From positions 1,856,001 through 1,920,000 of the forward strand of contig OY762825.2 of assembly GCA_963666425.2 (NCBI GenBank): a stretch of DNA of 64,000 nt, written 5' to 3'. This DNA comes from Bacillota bacterium (GTDB lineage: Bacteria > Bacillota > JAAYKD01). A program made the translations under genes and the position numbers. The notes under the pieces are model-generated. The model ran no database searches, was not told the DNA's origin, and saw nothing but the letters and a program-made list of their open reading frames with translations. Shown here piece after piece: positions 56,499 through 64,000 of this stretch; positions within the stretch are counted from its first letter, which is position 1, and every line of letters starts with the position of its first letter.

Positions 56499-57581
56499 AT
56501 GAGGAATGGAATGATCGATCTTATTGAATATGGCTGGCGAGCGGAGGCTGCTGAGGCGGTAACCGTAAATCAGGGCTCGCTGCCGGCCAGAGTCATTTCG
56601 GTGCAGAAAGGTATTTTCCGTGTGGTCTGTCAAGAAGGAGAATGCAGCGCCAAATTGAAAGGAAAATTTTATCAAAACATCGCCACTGCCGGAGACGTTC
56701 CGGTGGTAGGGGATTTTGTTTGGCTGCGCTATCACGCCGACGGCGAATCGCTGATTGAAGCGCTGGTGGCGCGGCGCACGAAATTTTCGCGGCCGGATTT
56801 TTCCGGACATAAAGCAAATCACTTGAAAACAATCCTGGAACAGGTGATTGCCGCCAATTTTGATTACGTGTTTATCCTGACTTCCTTGAATTCGGATTTT
56901 AAAATCGGTAGGATAGAGCGTTATTTGAGCGTGGCGCGGCAAAGCGGTGCAGAGCCGGTGGTCGTGCTGACCAAGGCTGATACAAATCCGGCTTATGCCG
57001 AGTATGTAGCACAGGTGGAGCGCTTATCGGCTTCGCTGCCTGTGTTTGCGGTCAGTGTCAAATCCGGTCTCGGTTTGGCTCAATTGCAGCCTTACTTACA
57101 GCCGGGTAAAACGATTGTCTTTTTGGGATCTTCCGGCGTCGGGAAATCCAGCTTGGTCAATTGCCTGGCCGACGAAACGCTGATGCAGGTCCGGGATGTT
57201 CGTGAAAAAGATGCCAAGGGAAGGCATACGACCTCTCATCGTCAATTGTTTCGCATGCAGCAGGGCGGGTTGGTGATCGATACGCCGGGTATGCGTGAAT
57301 TGGGACTTTGGTATGCCGAAGAAGGAGTGCAGGATTTATTTGCCGATCTCGAGCAACTAAGCCGACAATGCCGCTTTTCTGACTGCAGCCATCAAAACGA
57401 GCCGGGCTGCGCGGTACAGGCAGCCTTGCGCAGCGGCCAACTGGAAGCGGAGCGCTGGCAGCGCTACCAACAGCTGCTGCAGGAGAACGCCTGGGGTATG
57501 GCCAAATCGGGTTATACCAAGAAGGAAATACTGCGGCAGAAGATTCATGGGCGCATCCCTCCGCCGAGCAGAGGAAAATAG
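56499..57581 (+). CDS. rsgA: Ribosome small subunit-dependent GTPase A family protein
   Basis: Circularly permuted GTPase: TKxD, GSSGVGKS, GRHTT, DTPGMRE, and CRFSDCxHxxEPGC zinc site. Start may be 56511. Confidence 0.92.
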   Translation: MRNGMIDLIEYGWRAEAAEAVTVNQGSLPARVISVQKGIFRVVCQEGECSAKLKGKFYQNIATAGDVPVVGDFVWLRYHADGESLIEALVARRTKFSRPDFSGHKANHLKTILEQVIAANFDYVFILTSLNSDFKIGRIERYLSVARQSGAEPVVVLTKADTNPAYAEYVAQVERLSASLPVFAVSVKSGLGLAQLQPYLQPGKTIVFLGSSGVGKSSLVNCLADETLMQVRDVREKDAKGRHTTSHRQLFRMQQGGLVIDTPGMRELGLWYAEEGVQDLFADLEQLSRQCRFSDCSHQNEPGCAVQAALRSGQLEAERWQRYQQLLQENAWGMAKSGYTKKEILRQKIHGRIPPPSRGK

Positions 57582-57599
57582 GGCAGAAACTTAACAACA

Positions 57600-57652
57600 A
57601 AAAGGAAGCACTCCGGCAGATCTGTTTTCTGTCGGGGCGCTTCCTCTTTTTA
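57600..57652. terminator. Bidirectional terminator between rsgA and the xdh-like operon
   Basis: AAAAGGAAGC...GCTTCCTCTTTTT hairpin between convergent genes. Confidence 0.65.
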
Positions 57653-57661
57653 ATCAAATCT

Positions 57662-59963
57662 TTATTGCTGCAAGGCGCGGCGGGCCAGATAGATTTTCTC
57701 CGGTGTGATCGGCAGTTCCCGAATCCAGACGCCGGCAGCGTTGTGCACCGCGTGCGCGATGGCGGGCGGCGGTGTGGTGATCACAATCTCACCGATGGAT
57801 TTGGCGCCGAAAGGTCCGGAATGCTCATAACTGCTCTCAAAAGCGACCTGCAGTTGGCAGACATCCAGGCGGGAAGGAATCTTGTACTGCATCAGCGAGC
57901 TGTTCATAATATTCCCTTTGGCACCAAACTGCACGTCTTCATACATCGCCATGCCGATGCCCTGTACCAGACCGCCTTCAGCCTGCACGCGGGCGAGGTT
58001 GGGGTTGATCAATGTACCGCAGTCGATTACAGCCACATAATTGACCAGCTCATATTGGCAGGTTTTTTGATCCAGCTCGATCTCGGCAATGCCAACCATA
58101 TAAGGCGGCGGTGAAATTGGTGAGGCATGCGCTTCTGTAGCAAAAAGCGCGGTCTGGTTGTTGCACTGGGCGTAATAGGATAGCTCCTGCAGCGTCACGA
58201 TTTTTCCACTGGCTAAATCGCGAACCTGCCGGCCTTCGAAGACCAGCTGCTCTTCCGTGGCTGCCAGTTGTTCGGCGGCTAGTTTCAGCATGCGCTGCTT
58301 TAAGCGAATCGCAGGCTTTTACAACCGCCATGCCGGTGATGTAGGTGGTAGAAGAGGCATAGGAGCCGCTGTCGTAAGGAGAAGTATCGGTATCGACGCC
58401 GTCGACAATGATATCTTCCAGAGCGCATTCCAAAGATTCTGCCGCAATCTGAGCTAAAATGGTGTCGCAGCCGGTTCCCATATCGGTGGCGCCGATGGCC
58501 ATTGTATAAAATCCTTCGTCATTGAGCTTGATTGAGACAGTGCCGGTATCGACCGAAGCAATACCGGAGCCCTGCATGGCAAGGGAAATACCCAAAGCGC
58601 GCACTTTGCCATTGCCCAGATCACGCACGGGATATTTTGCGTCCCAACCGATCATTGTTTTGGCTTTGGCAAGGCAGCGGTCCAAGGCGCAAGAGGTGGC
58701 GGTTTCGCCGTAATAAGCCGGCATGAATTGGCCTTCGCGGACCATATTCATTTCGCGAATTTTTGCCGCATCCATGCCCAAGCGATCAGCCAGGTCGTTG
58801 ATGACCGATTCCAGAGCGAACGTGCCTTGGGTTGCGCCGTAACCACGGTAGGCGCCGGAAGCGATTTGATTGGTATAGACGACTTGATAGGTGAAACGGA
58901 AGGCTTCCAGGCTGCCGTAGAGAGAAATTGATTTATGACCGGATAAGCCGACCGTGGTGGGTCCATGTTCACCATAAGCGCCGGAGTTGGAGAGCGTATT
59001 GAGATCGATCGCCCGAATCTTGCCATCCCGATTGGCGCCAACCCGCACCTTAATTTCTGTTTCGTGCCGTGGTGAAGAAGCGATCTGCGATTCATAACGC
59101 GTGTAGACGATTTTAGCCGGCTTTTTGGTCTTCATCGTGACCAAAGCTGGGTACATTTCACAGACAGCCGATTGCTTGGCGCCAAAACCACCACCGATGC
59201 GCGGTTTGATCACCCGCAGGCGTGATTTGGCGATTTCCAGCGCTGTGGCTAAGATTCGGCGGACATGGAAGGGAATTTGGGTGGAGCTGACGACATTCAA
59301 ACGTCCGAATGCATCCAAGAAAGTGTAGCTGCGGAACGTTTCCATCATGACTTGTTGATTCTGTTTGGTGTGAAAGGTCGCTTCTGAGACCAGATCGCAG
59401 TCGGCCAAGACTGCTTCTACATCCTGCCAATCTTCAATCCCGCTGCAGACCAGGTTGCGTTTTTGATCGGCGCCGACCGGAACGAGCGTATGCCAATTCT
59501 CTTCCGGATGCACCAGCATCGCATGATCTTTGGCCAAACGGAAATCCAGAATTGGCTCCAAAACTTCGTAGTCTACTTTGATTTTCTGCATGGCGGCCAT
59601 CACCTGCTGTTCCGTATCACCGGCAACCAGAGCGACAGCATCACCGACAAAACGGACATGATCATCCAGAATACGGCGGTCATAGGGGCTGAATTCCGGA
59701 TAAGTTTGTCCTGCAATGGTGAAGCGGGTCATGGGAGCGTCTTCATGGGTTAGGACACACGCAATTCCCGGCATCGACAGCGCTTCTGCTTTGTCGACTG
59801 AGCGGATCAGAGCGTTGGCATGCGGAGAGCGCAGCACTTTCACAATCAGACAATGGCTGGGAGCCAGATCATCGGTATAGACCGGCTGACCGGTGACTAA
59901 CGCCATGGCGTCTTTTTTGATCGGTGAATGATTGACAATCTTCCAGCTCGAGGGGTCGCTCAT
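57662..59963 (-). pseudogene. Xanthine dehydrogenase family molybdopterin-binding subunit, split by a +1 frameshift
   Basis: RSPHA, IGGGFGAK, YRGYG, DMGTG, SYASST in the first ORF; QAEGG..QGIG, YKIP, GPFGAKSIGE in the second. Removing one base at 58299-58301 joins them as KACDSLKQRMLKLAAE. Confidence 0.85.
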
Positions 59964-60421
59964 TTTTTTGCCTCCTTTTTCGAAAGCAGATATCGACGAA
60001 TCGCGCGCAGATGACTCTGGTAACCGCTGCAGCGGCAGAGATTACCGGCCAGATAAGAGAGAATTTCCTGATCATCGGGATCCGTCAATTCACGTGTCAT
60101 CGCCAGGACGTTCATAATCAAACCGGGGTTGCAGAAGCCGCATTGATCGCCGCCTTCTTCCGCCAGAAAGCGGCCGAACTCGGCAGCCTCCTGCTGCAGC
60201 CCTTCCATGCTGGTGACGGTTTTGCCTTCGATGCGCAAAGCTGGTACGGAGCAGGAGAGCACAGGTGTGCCGTCCAGCCAGACTGTACAGAGACCGCAGT
60301 TCGTGGTTTCACAGCCGCACTTGACGCTGTAGCAGCCGACGGAACGAAGGTATTGATAAAGGGTTTCATCCGCTGCCGGAGATGCGGTGGTTTCCTTACC
60401 GTTCAGCCAGAATTTGATCAT
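59960..60421 (-). CDS. Xanthine dehydrogenase family (2Fe-2S) subunit
   Basis: KCGCETTNCGLCTV...SC, QCGFCNPG, GNLCRCSGY. ATGA overlap with the FAD subunit gene. Confidence 0.92.
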   Translation of the reverse strand: MIKFWLNGKETTASPAADETLYQYLRSVGCYSVKCGCETTNCGLCTVWLDGTPVLSCSVPALRIEGKTVTSMEGLQQEAAEFGRFLAEEGGDQCGFCNPGLIMNVLAMTRELTDPDDQEILSYLAGNLCRCSGYQSHLRAIRRYLLSKKEAKK

Positions 60422-61197
60422 TCTGCACACCCGCCTTTCAGCAAATCCGCTGCGCACTGCGCCAGTGCGGTTTGCGCCAGCACTTTGCGGTACTCGCTGC
60501 CGCAGCGCAGATCATCACCGTAACTGGTCTGTTCCGCTGCCCAATCGGCAAAAGCAGCCACGGACAGGTTCTCTGTATTGGCAATCAGCACGGCCCGGCC
60601 GGGTCGGGCACCGATGACTGCCTGCAGGATCGAATCTCTTTGGTTCATTGCGCAGGAAATCAGGGGGAAATCGGTTTTTGTTTTGTGAACTGCGTGATAA
60701 GAGACGAGGATCTCCTGCTTTGGAATCAGCACAGCCACCAGGAGATCGCGTCCCAAACCGTTGCCTTCCAGGAATTCCCGTAAAGCAAGACGGCCGCTCT
60801 GATAAAGCTCAACCGAAGCATCCAACGCCAACAGACAAGTCACTAAGTCAGAAAAACCATAACGCCCGGCCACGCTGCCGCCGATGGTGGCTGTATTGCG
60901 GAATTGAGTGCCGACAATGGCATAAACAGAAGCAGCAATGCAAGGACCAAAAGCGGCTTTTAAACTTTCGCTCTTTTCCCAAGTGCGCTCGCTGACCATA
61001 CAGCCAATGCGAAACTCATTTTCCTTTTCTTCAATTTGATTGAGCCCCAGCTGTTCCAGATCAATGATACTGTCGTAATGGGCACTGCCCAAACGGAGCC
61101 ACATGCCGCCGCCAAGTATCGTGTTTTTGGGATTTTGATTCAATTGCCAAGCCTCCTGCAGAGACTGGGCTTTGATAAAATGATCCGCAGTATACAT
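60418..61197 (-). CDS. Xanthine dehydrogenase family FAD-binding subunit
   Basis: ILGGGxW, IVGxQFRNTATIGG, FSDL, DxRxxxEYR. Confidence 0.9.
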   Translation of the reverse strand: MYTADHFIKAQSLQEAWQLNQNPKNTILGGGMWLRLGSAHYDSIIDLEQLGLNQIEEKENEFRIGCMVSERTWEKSESLKAAFGPCIAASVYAIVGTQFRNTATIGGSVAGRYGFSDLVTCLLALDASVELYQSGRLALREFLEGNGLGRDLLVAVLIPKQEILVSYHAVHKTKTDFPLISCAMNQRDSILQAVIGARPGRAVLIANTENLSVAAFADWAAEQTSYGDDLRCGSEYRKVLAQTALAQCAADLLKGGCAE

Positions 61198-61304
61198 AGG
61201 ACACTTCCTTTCTTGCCACGCTCGGATGCTCTGATTTTTATCGTGATACCCTGTTCTTTTGCGATGTATTTCTCTGCCGTTTCAAGCGCGTTTTGTTCTC
61301 TTTT

Positions 61305-61333
61305 ACTATAAAGGTAAGCAGAGCAAAAGTCAA
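61305..61333 (-). promoter_or_regulatory. sigmaA promoter of the xdh-like operon
   Basis: Minus strand TTGACT-N17-TATAGT. Confidence 0.7.
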
Positions 61334-61540
61334 TCAGCTGCCGAGTTCTTCCGCTTTTTGATAGCGGTAAAACTCGGTGACTTGGATCCGACTGTGCAGC
61401 GAGCTGCCGGCTGCTGCCAGATACTGAGCGACTGTGATGCTGTCATCCTTGATGGTCTGCTGTTCCAGTAGGCAGCTCTCCCGGTAGAATTTCTCCAGGC
61501 GCCCCTGCAGGATTTTTGCCAAGAATGACGGTAGGCTCGG
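61334..61540 (-). pseudogene. tsf: 3' remnant of a translation elongation factor Ts gene
   Basis: LAKILQGRLEKFYRESCLLEQQTIKDDSITVAQYL...IQVTEFYRYQKAE matches the EF-Ts C-terminus (EKMVEGRLxKFxxExCLLxQxFVKD...V..FxRYExGE). The N-terminal part is absent. Confidence 0.75.
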
Positions 61541-61592
61541 TAAGATGATTTTCTGTCGTAGTTTAATGGTTGCTTCAATATCCTTTCCAATT

Positions 61593-62300
61593 TCATTTTT
61601 TTACTGTGATCTGCGTCAAGCCTTCCGCGATGCGTAAAATATCTGATTTTGCCAGATCACTGTTTACAGAAAAGACAATTTTACCTTTTTTGTCAATCCA
61701 GATTAAGTTATTGGTGTTGGAGTCTCCAGCAGCATGATAAAAATCTGCTTCTACGCCATTAATTATCACATCTTCGCGTAAGTTTTCTGCGTTTTTAGCA
61801 AGGAGTTCGGTGTGAATGCTATCGACAACCGCATAATACTCAATCACAATTCCGCTTTTGCTGTTTTGTTTCTGGTATAAACGGCCGTGCATCGTCTCGT
61901 CGGAATATTCATAAACCTGTTCATAACCCTCCGGCAGCCAGGTTGGTTCATAATTCGGCAGTATACCAGTTTCATCTTGCCCCCAAAAATGATATATGAT
62001 ACTGTTTTCATACACTTCTCGAATCCAACTGAACACTACTCCACGGGCTTCAGCATTAAAGGTGAACCAAACACTTGAAGTGATCAGTAATATCAAGAAA
62101 GCTGAAGCAATTCGTTGTATGAATCTGTTCCTTTTATAAACATAATTTACCCTTAAGCGCATCAGGTCCATTTTACTTTGAAATTCGACTGAGAATTCAT
62201 ACTCACAGTCTGACGGGTTGGGAAGGGAATTCAACATGGCGGAACGAACAGACTGAGCTGCTTTGCTCAGTGCTTCTTCGGTAATAGTTATACTACTCAA
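61593..62300 (-). CDS. DUF4367-domain membrane protein, probable anti-sigma factor
   Basis: FSxxFxxKM N-terminus, single TM helix, PxWLPEGY, VxINGxxA, LIW...VxS.L...I.RIAE; overlaps the sigma factor stop. Confidence 0.75.
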   Translation of the reverse strand: MSSITITEEALSKAAQSVRSAMLNSLPNPSDCEYEFSVEFQSKMDLMRLRVNYVYKRNRFIQRIASAFLILLITSSVWFTFNAEARGVVFSWIREVYENSIIYHFWGQDETGILPNYEPTWLPEGYEQVYEYSDETMHGRLYQKQNSKSGIVIEYYAVVDSIHTELLAKNAENLREDVIINGVEADFYHAAGDSNTNNLIWIDKKGKIVFSVNSDLAKSDILRIAEGLTQITVKK

Positions 62301-62818
62301 TTCGAGTCATCCTCCTTTTCCATCTGCTTCTGAAGAGATTCCTTGGCACGCCAAAGTAATTTTTGTACAGAACCGAGTGGCATGTTTAGCATATTGGCAA
62401 TTTCCTTAGTGTTGAAGCCGTTATCGTAATGCAATAGTAAGACTTCACGATATCGTGCCGGAAGCATAGCCATGGCATCAGCAAGATTACTATCTCCAGG
62501 CAATGGAATTGTAATACCGGCGAGTTTATCTTCAAAGTCGATGTCTACGATTTTTGAATTGGCTCGAATAATGTCTATTGCTTTTCGTTCCACAATGATA
62601 ACTATGTAAGAACGTGTTTTCAAACACTTCACATCGGGTATTTTTTTCAAGTTTTCTATGATGGACAGAAATGCCTGATGTACAGCATCTTCAGCAGAAT
62701 GAGGGTTGTTAAGAATTTTCATTGCTATATGATACATCAGTCCTCGATACTGAGAATACAGCTGCTCAAACTTACTTCTCTCTTCTTCACTTTCAATTGC
62801 TTGTAAATAGATCAGCAT
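62297..62818 (-). CDS. ECF-type RNA polymerase sigma-70 factor
   Basis: Region 2 (AEDAVHQAF...Y...KAIDIIR) and region 4 (LPxRYREVLLL...EIA..L...GSV..LxRAK). RBS GAGGTGGAG before the ATG at 62818. Confidence 0.9.
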   Translation of the reverse strand: MLIYLQAIESEEERSKFEQLYSQYRGLMYHIAMKILNNPHSAEDAVHQAFLSIIENLKKIPDVKCLKTRSYIVIIVERKAIDIIRANSKIVDIDFEDKLAGITIPLPGDSNLADAMAMLPARYREVLLLHYDNGFNTKEIANMLNMPLGSVQKLLWRAKESLQKQMEKEDDSN

Positions 62819-62847
62819 ATTCTCCACCTCCGATTCATACTATCAAC

Positions 62848-62876
62848 AGAATAGGCTTTATCCATTATTTTGTCAA
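62848..62876 (-). promoter_or_regulatory. sigmaA promoter of the ECF sigma gene
   Basis: Minus strand TTGACA-N17-TATTCT. Confidence 0.7.
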
Positions 62877-62897
62877 TAATTTATCTTCCATTACACT

Positions 62898-62944
62898 AAA
62901 AGAACCTCAATCGTCCTATGTTGAAAGACGGAATGAGGTTCTTT
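62898..62944 (-). terminator. Hairpin terminator after the last ORF
   Basis: AAAGAACCTCA...TGAGGTTCTTT inverted repeat immediately past the stop at 62955. Confidence 0.65.
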
Positions 62945-62954
62945 GGGTACATTT

Positions 62955-64000
62955 TTACTTCTTCACTTCAATGATGTTAAGAACGGTTTCTCCTTTTGCT
63001 CCAAATCCAAAAGCATAAATTCTTTTACCGGTATCGCTGAGCGTATAGGTTGCATCGGGCCGTGTACTATCGCGGCCGCGCGCACCCATGAAAATTGCGG
63101 TATCCTCGATGGCCCAGATTTCTTTGTCCCAGCTGTCCTCCGGGTAATCATACCATGCGATGTAGAAATTGGTCACATGAGATAATTTTGAGCCGTACAA
63201 TTGAAAGGCAAGATATTGCTCATGATATCCGGGAACAAATTGCCGATTCTCACTGCTGAACTCGTAGTGTCCAAAGGTTCGGATGTTTTCCTCGGTAATA
63301 TAGTGGTTGATTCCTTCATAGTGTTCCGGTAAGGGCGGACCACCGTAGTCGGGACCAGAAAACCGATTGCCATACTGAACATCTCCCCCGCCAAGCAATA
63401 CCCCATGTTTTGTGGGGGTCAAATTCACTCCCGCATTACTTTGCGTGTGCAGCACTTGACCATTGAGCAGATTCACGACACCAAAACCGGAGAGTTGTTC
63501 ATTATCCGTGTCCGGTATAGCGCCTCCCCAGGTATAGGTGAGGGTATGCTTGGCTGAAATCTGAAGCTGCTCCAAGTGTCCCAGAGTGTCGATAGCCAAT
63601 TCTTCGCTACTCCAACTGCCTTGTTCAACAAAATCTTGACTCGGCGACCAATCTCCCCAGACGATACGGTTTTCTGCTGCATCAATATACGCCATTTCAT
63701 TAAGCGTTTCATTAATCGCTATCCCTTTTCTTGTCCATTGTCCAGCCGTTGGCAAGATGCCTGCTGAAGTGACTTTAATTTCGTTTTGCTCTATGCTGAG
63801 CAGCGAAAGCTTCTCGGCGCCTTCCTCCTTCGCCATCGCCGCCGCATAAGCGAATGTATTTTCGTTTAGTCGTTCTACATGATAATCAGCGATTAATCCT
63901 CCCTGTAAATCCAAAATGACGGTTAGCACTTCTGTCCGGCTTTTCCAGTTGTAGATCGTGGCTCGCAACTGTTGGTTTTTTTCATAAAGGATCAGCAAAT
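62955..64000 (-). CDS. Hypothetical protein, 5'-partial
   Basis: Open frame of at least 347 aa running to the window edge and followed by a terminator; no family recognised. Confidence 0.6.
   Translation of the reverse strand, partial: LLILYEKNQQLRATIYNWKSRTEVLTVILDLQGGLIADYHVERLNENTFAYAAAMAKEEGAEKLSLLSIEQNEIKVTSAGILPTAGQWTRKGIAINETLNEMAYIDAAENRIVWGDWSPSQDFVEQGSWSSEELAIDTLGHLEQLQISAKHTLTYTWGGAIPDTDNEQLSGFGVVNLLNGQVLHTQSNAGVNLTPTKHGVLLGGGDVQYGNRFSGPDYGGPPLPEHYEGINHYITEENIRTFGHYEFSSENRQFVPGYHEQYLAFQLYGSKLSHVTNFYIAWYDYPEDSWDKEIWAIEDTAIFMGARGRDSTRPDATYTLSDTGKRIYAFGFGAKGETVLNIIEVKK

Noticed and set aside
58050-58298. C-terminal ~80 aa of the 637-aa ORF as genuine protein
   Set aside because: It is out-of-frame read-through after the frameshift; the conserved sequence continues in the other frame.
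61330-61596. 88-aa ORF overlapping the DUF4367 stop codon
   Set aside because: No recognisable motif; the alternative frame carries the EF-Ts similarity.
1-64000. tRNA/rRNA genes, IS elements, prophage genes, inteins, selenocysteine read-through in the xdh operon
   Set aside because: None was recognisable; the intergenic gaps are short and mostly explained, and the xdh break is an indel, not an in-frame TGA.

Overview
A 64-kb chromosomal segment from a Bacillota (Firmicutes)-type bacterium, judged from SLH domains, sigmaA/sigmaH-like promoters and strong Shine-Dalgarno sites. It is dominated by two giant surface-protein genes. The first is a 5'-truncated protein of more than 8,300 aa (Fn3, Ig-like, CARDB and PKD modules) with an internal ~1,900-aa super-duplication and a ~700-aa helical island containing a hydrophobic Gly/Ala/Ser segment. 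The second is a ~4,200-aa secreted protein with five ~590-aa SLH-containing repeats, each carrying an invariant C-x3-H-x7-H-x2-C motif. Both giants share the same ~95-aa domain, at the extreme C-terminus of the first and the mature N-terminus of the second. Between and after them lie a glycolipid glycosyltransferase; divergent ANT(6), CAT and SatA-like resistance homologues; four peptidases, three preceded by a sigmaH-like promoter; a MacAB-like exporter with a doubled adaptor and an SLH partner; rnhA, a Nudix hydrolase and rsgA; a xanthine-dehydrogenase-family operon; a remnant of the EF-Ts 3' end; and an AT-richer ECF sigma/DUF4367 pair. Two genes carry single-base frameshifts. No RNA genes, CRISPR arrays, integrases or transposases were seen. 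All domain calls are by eye; no searches were run.
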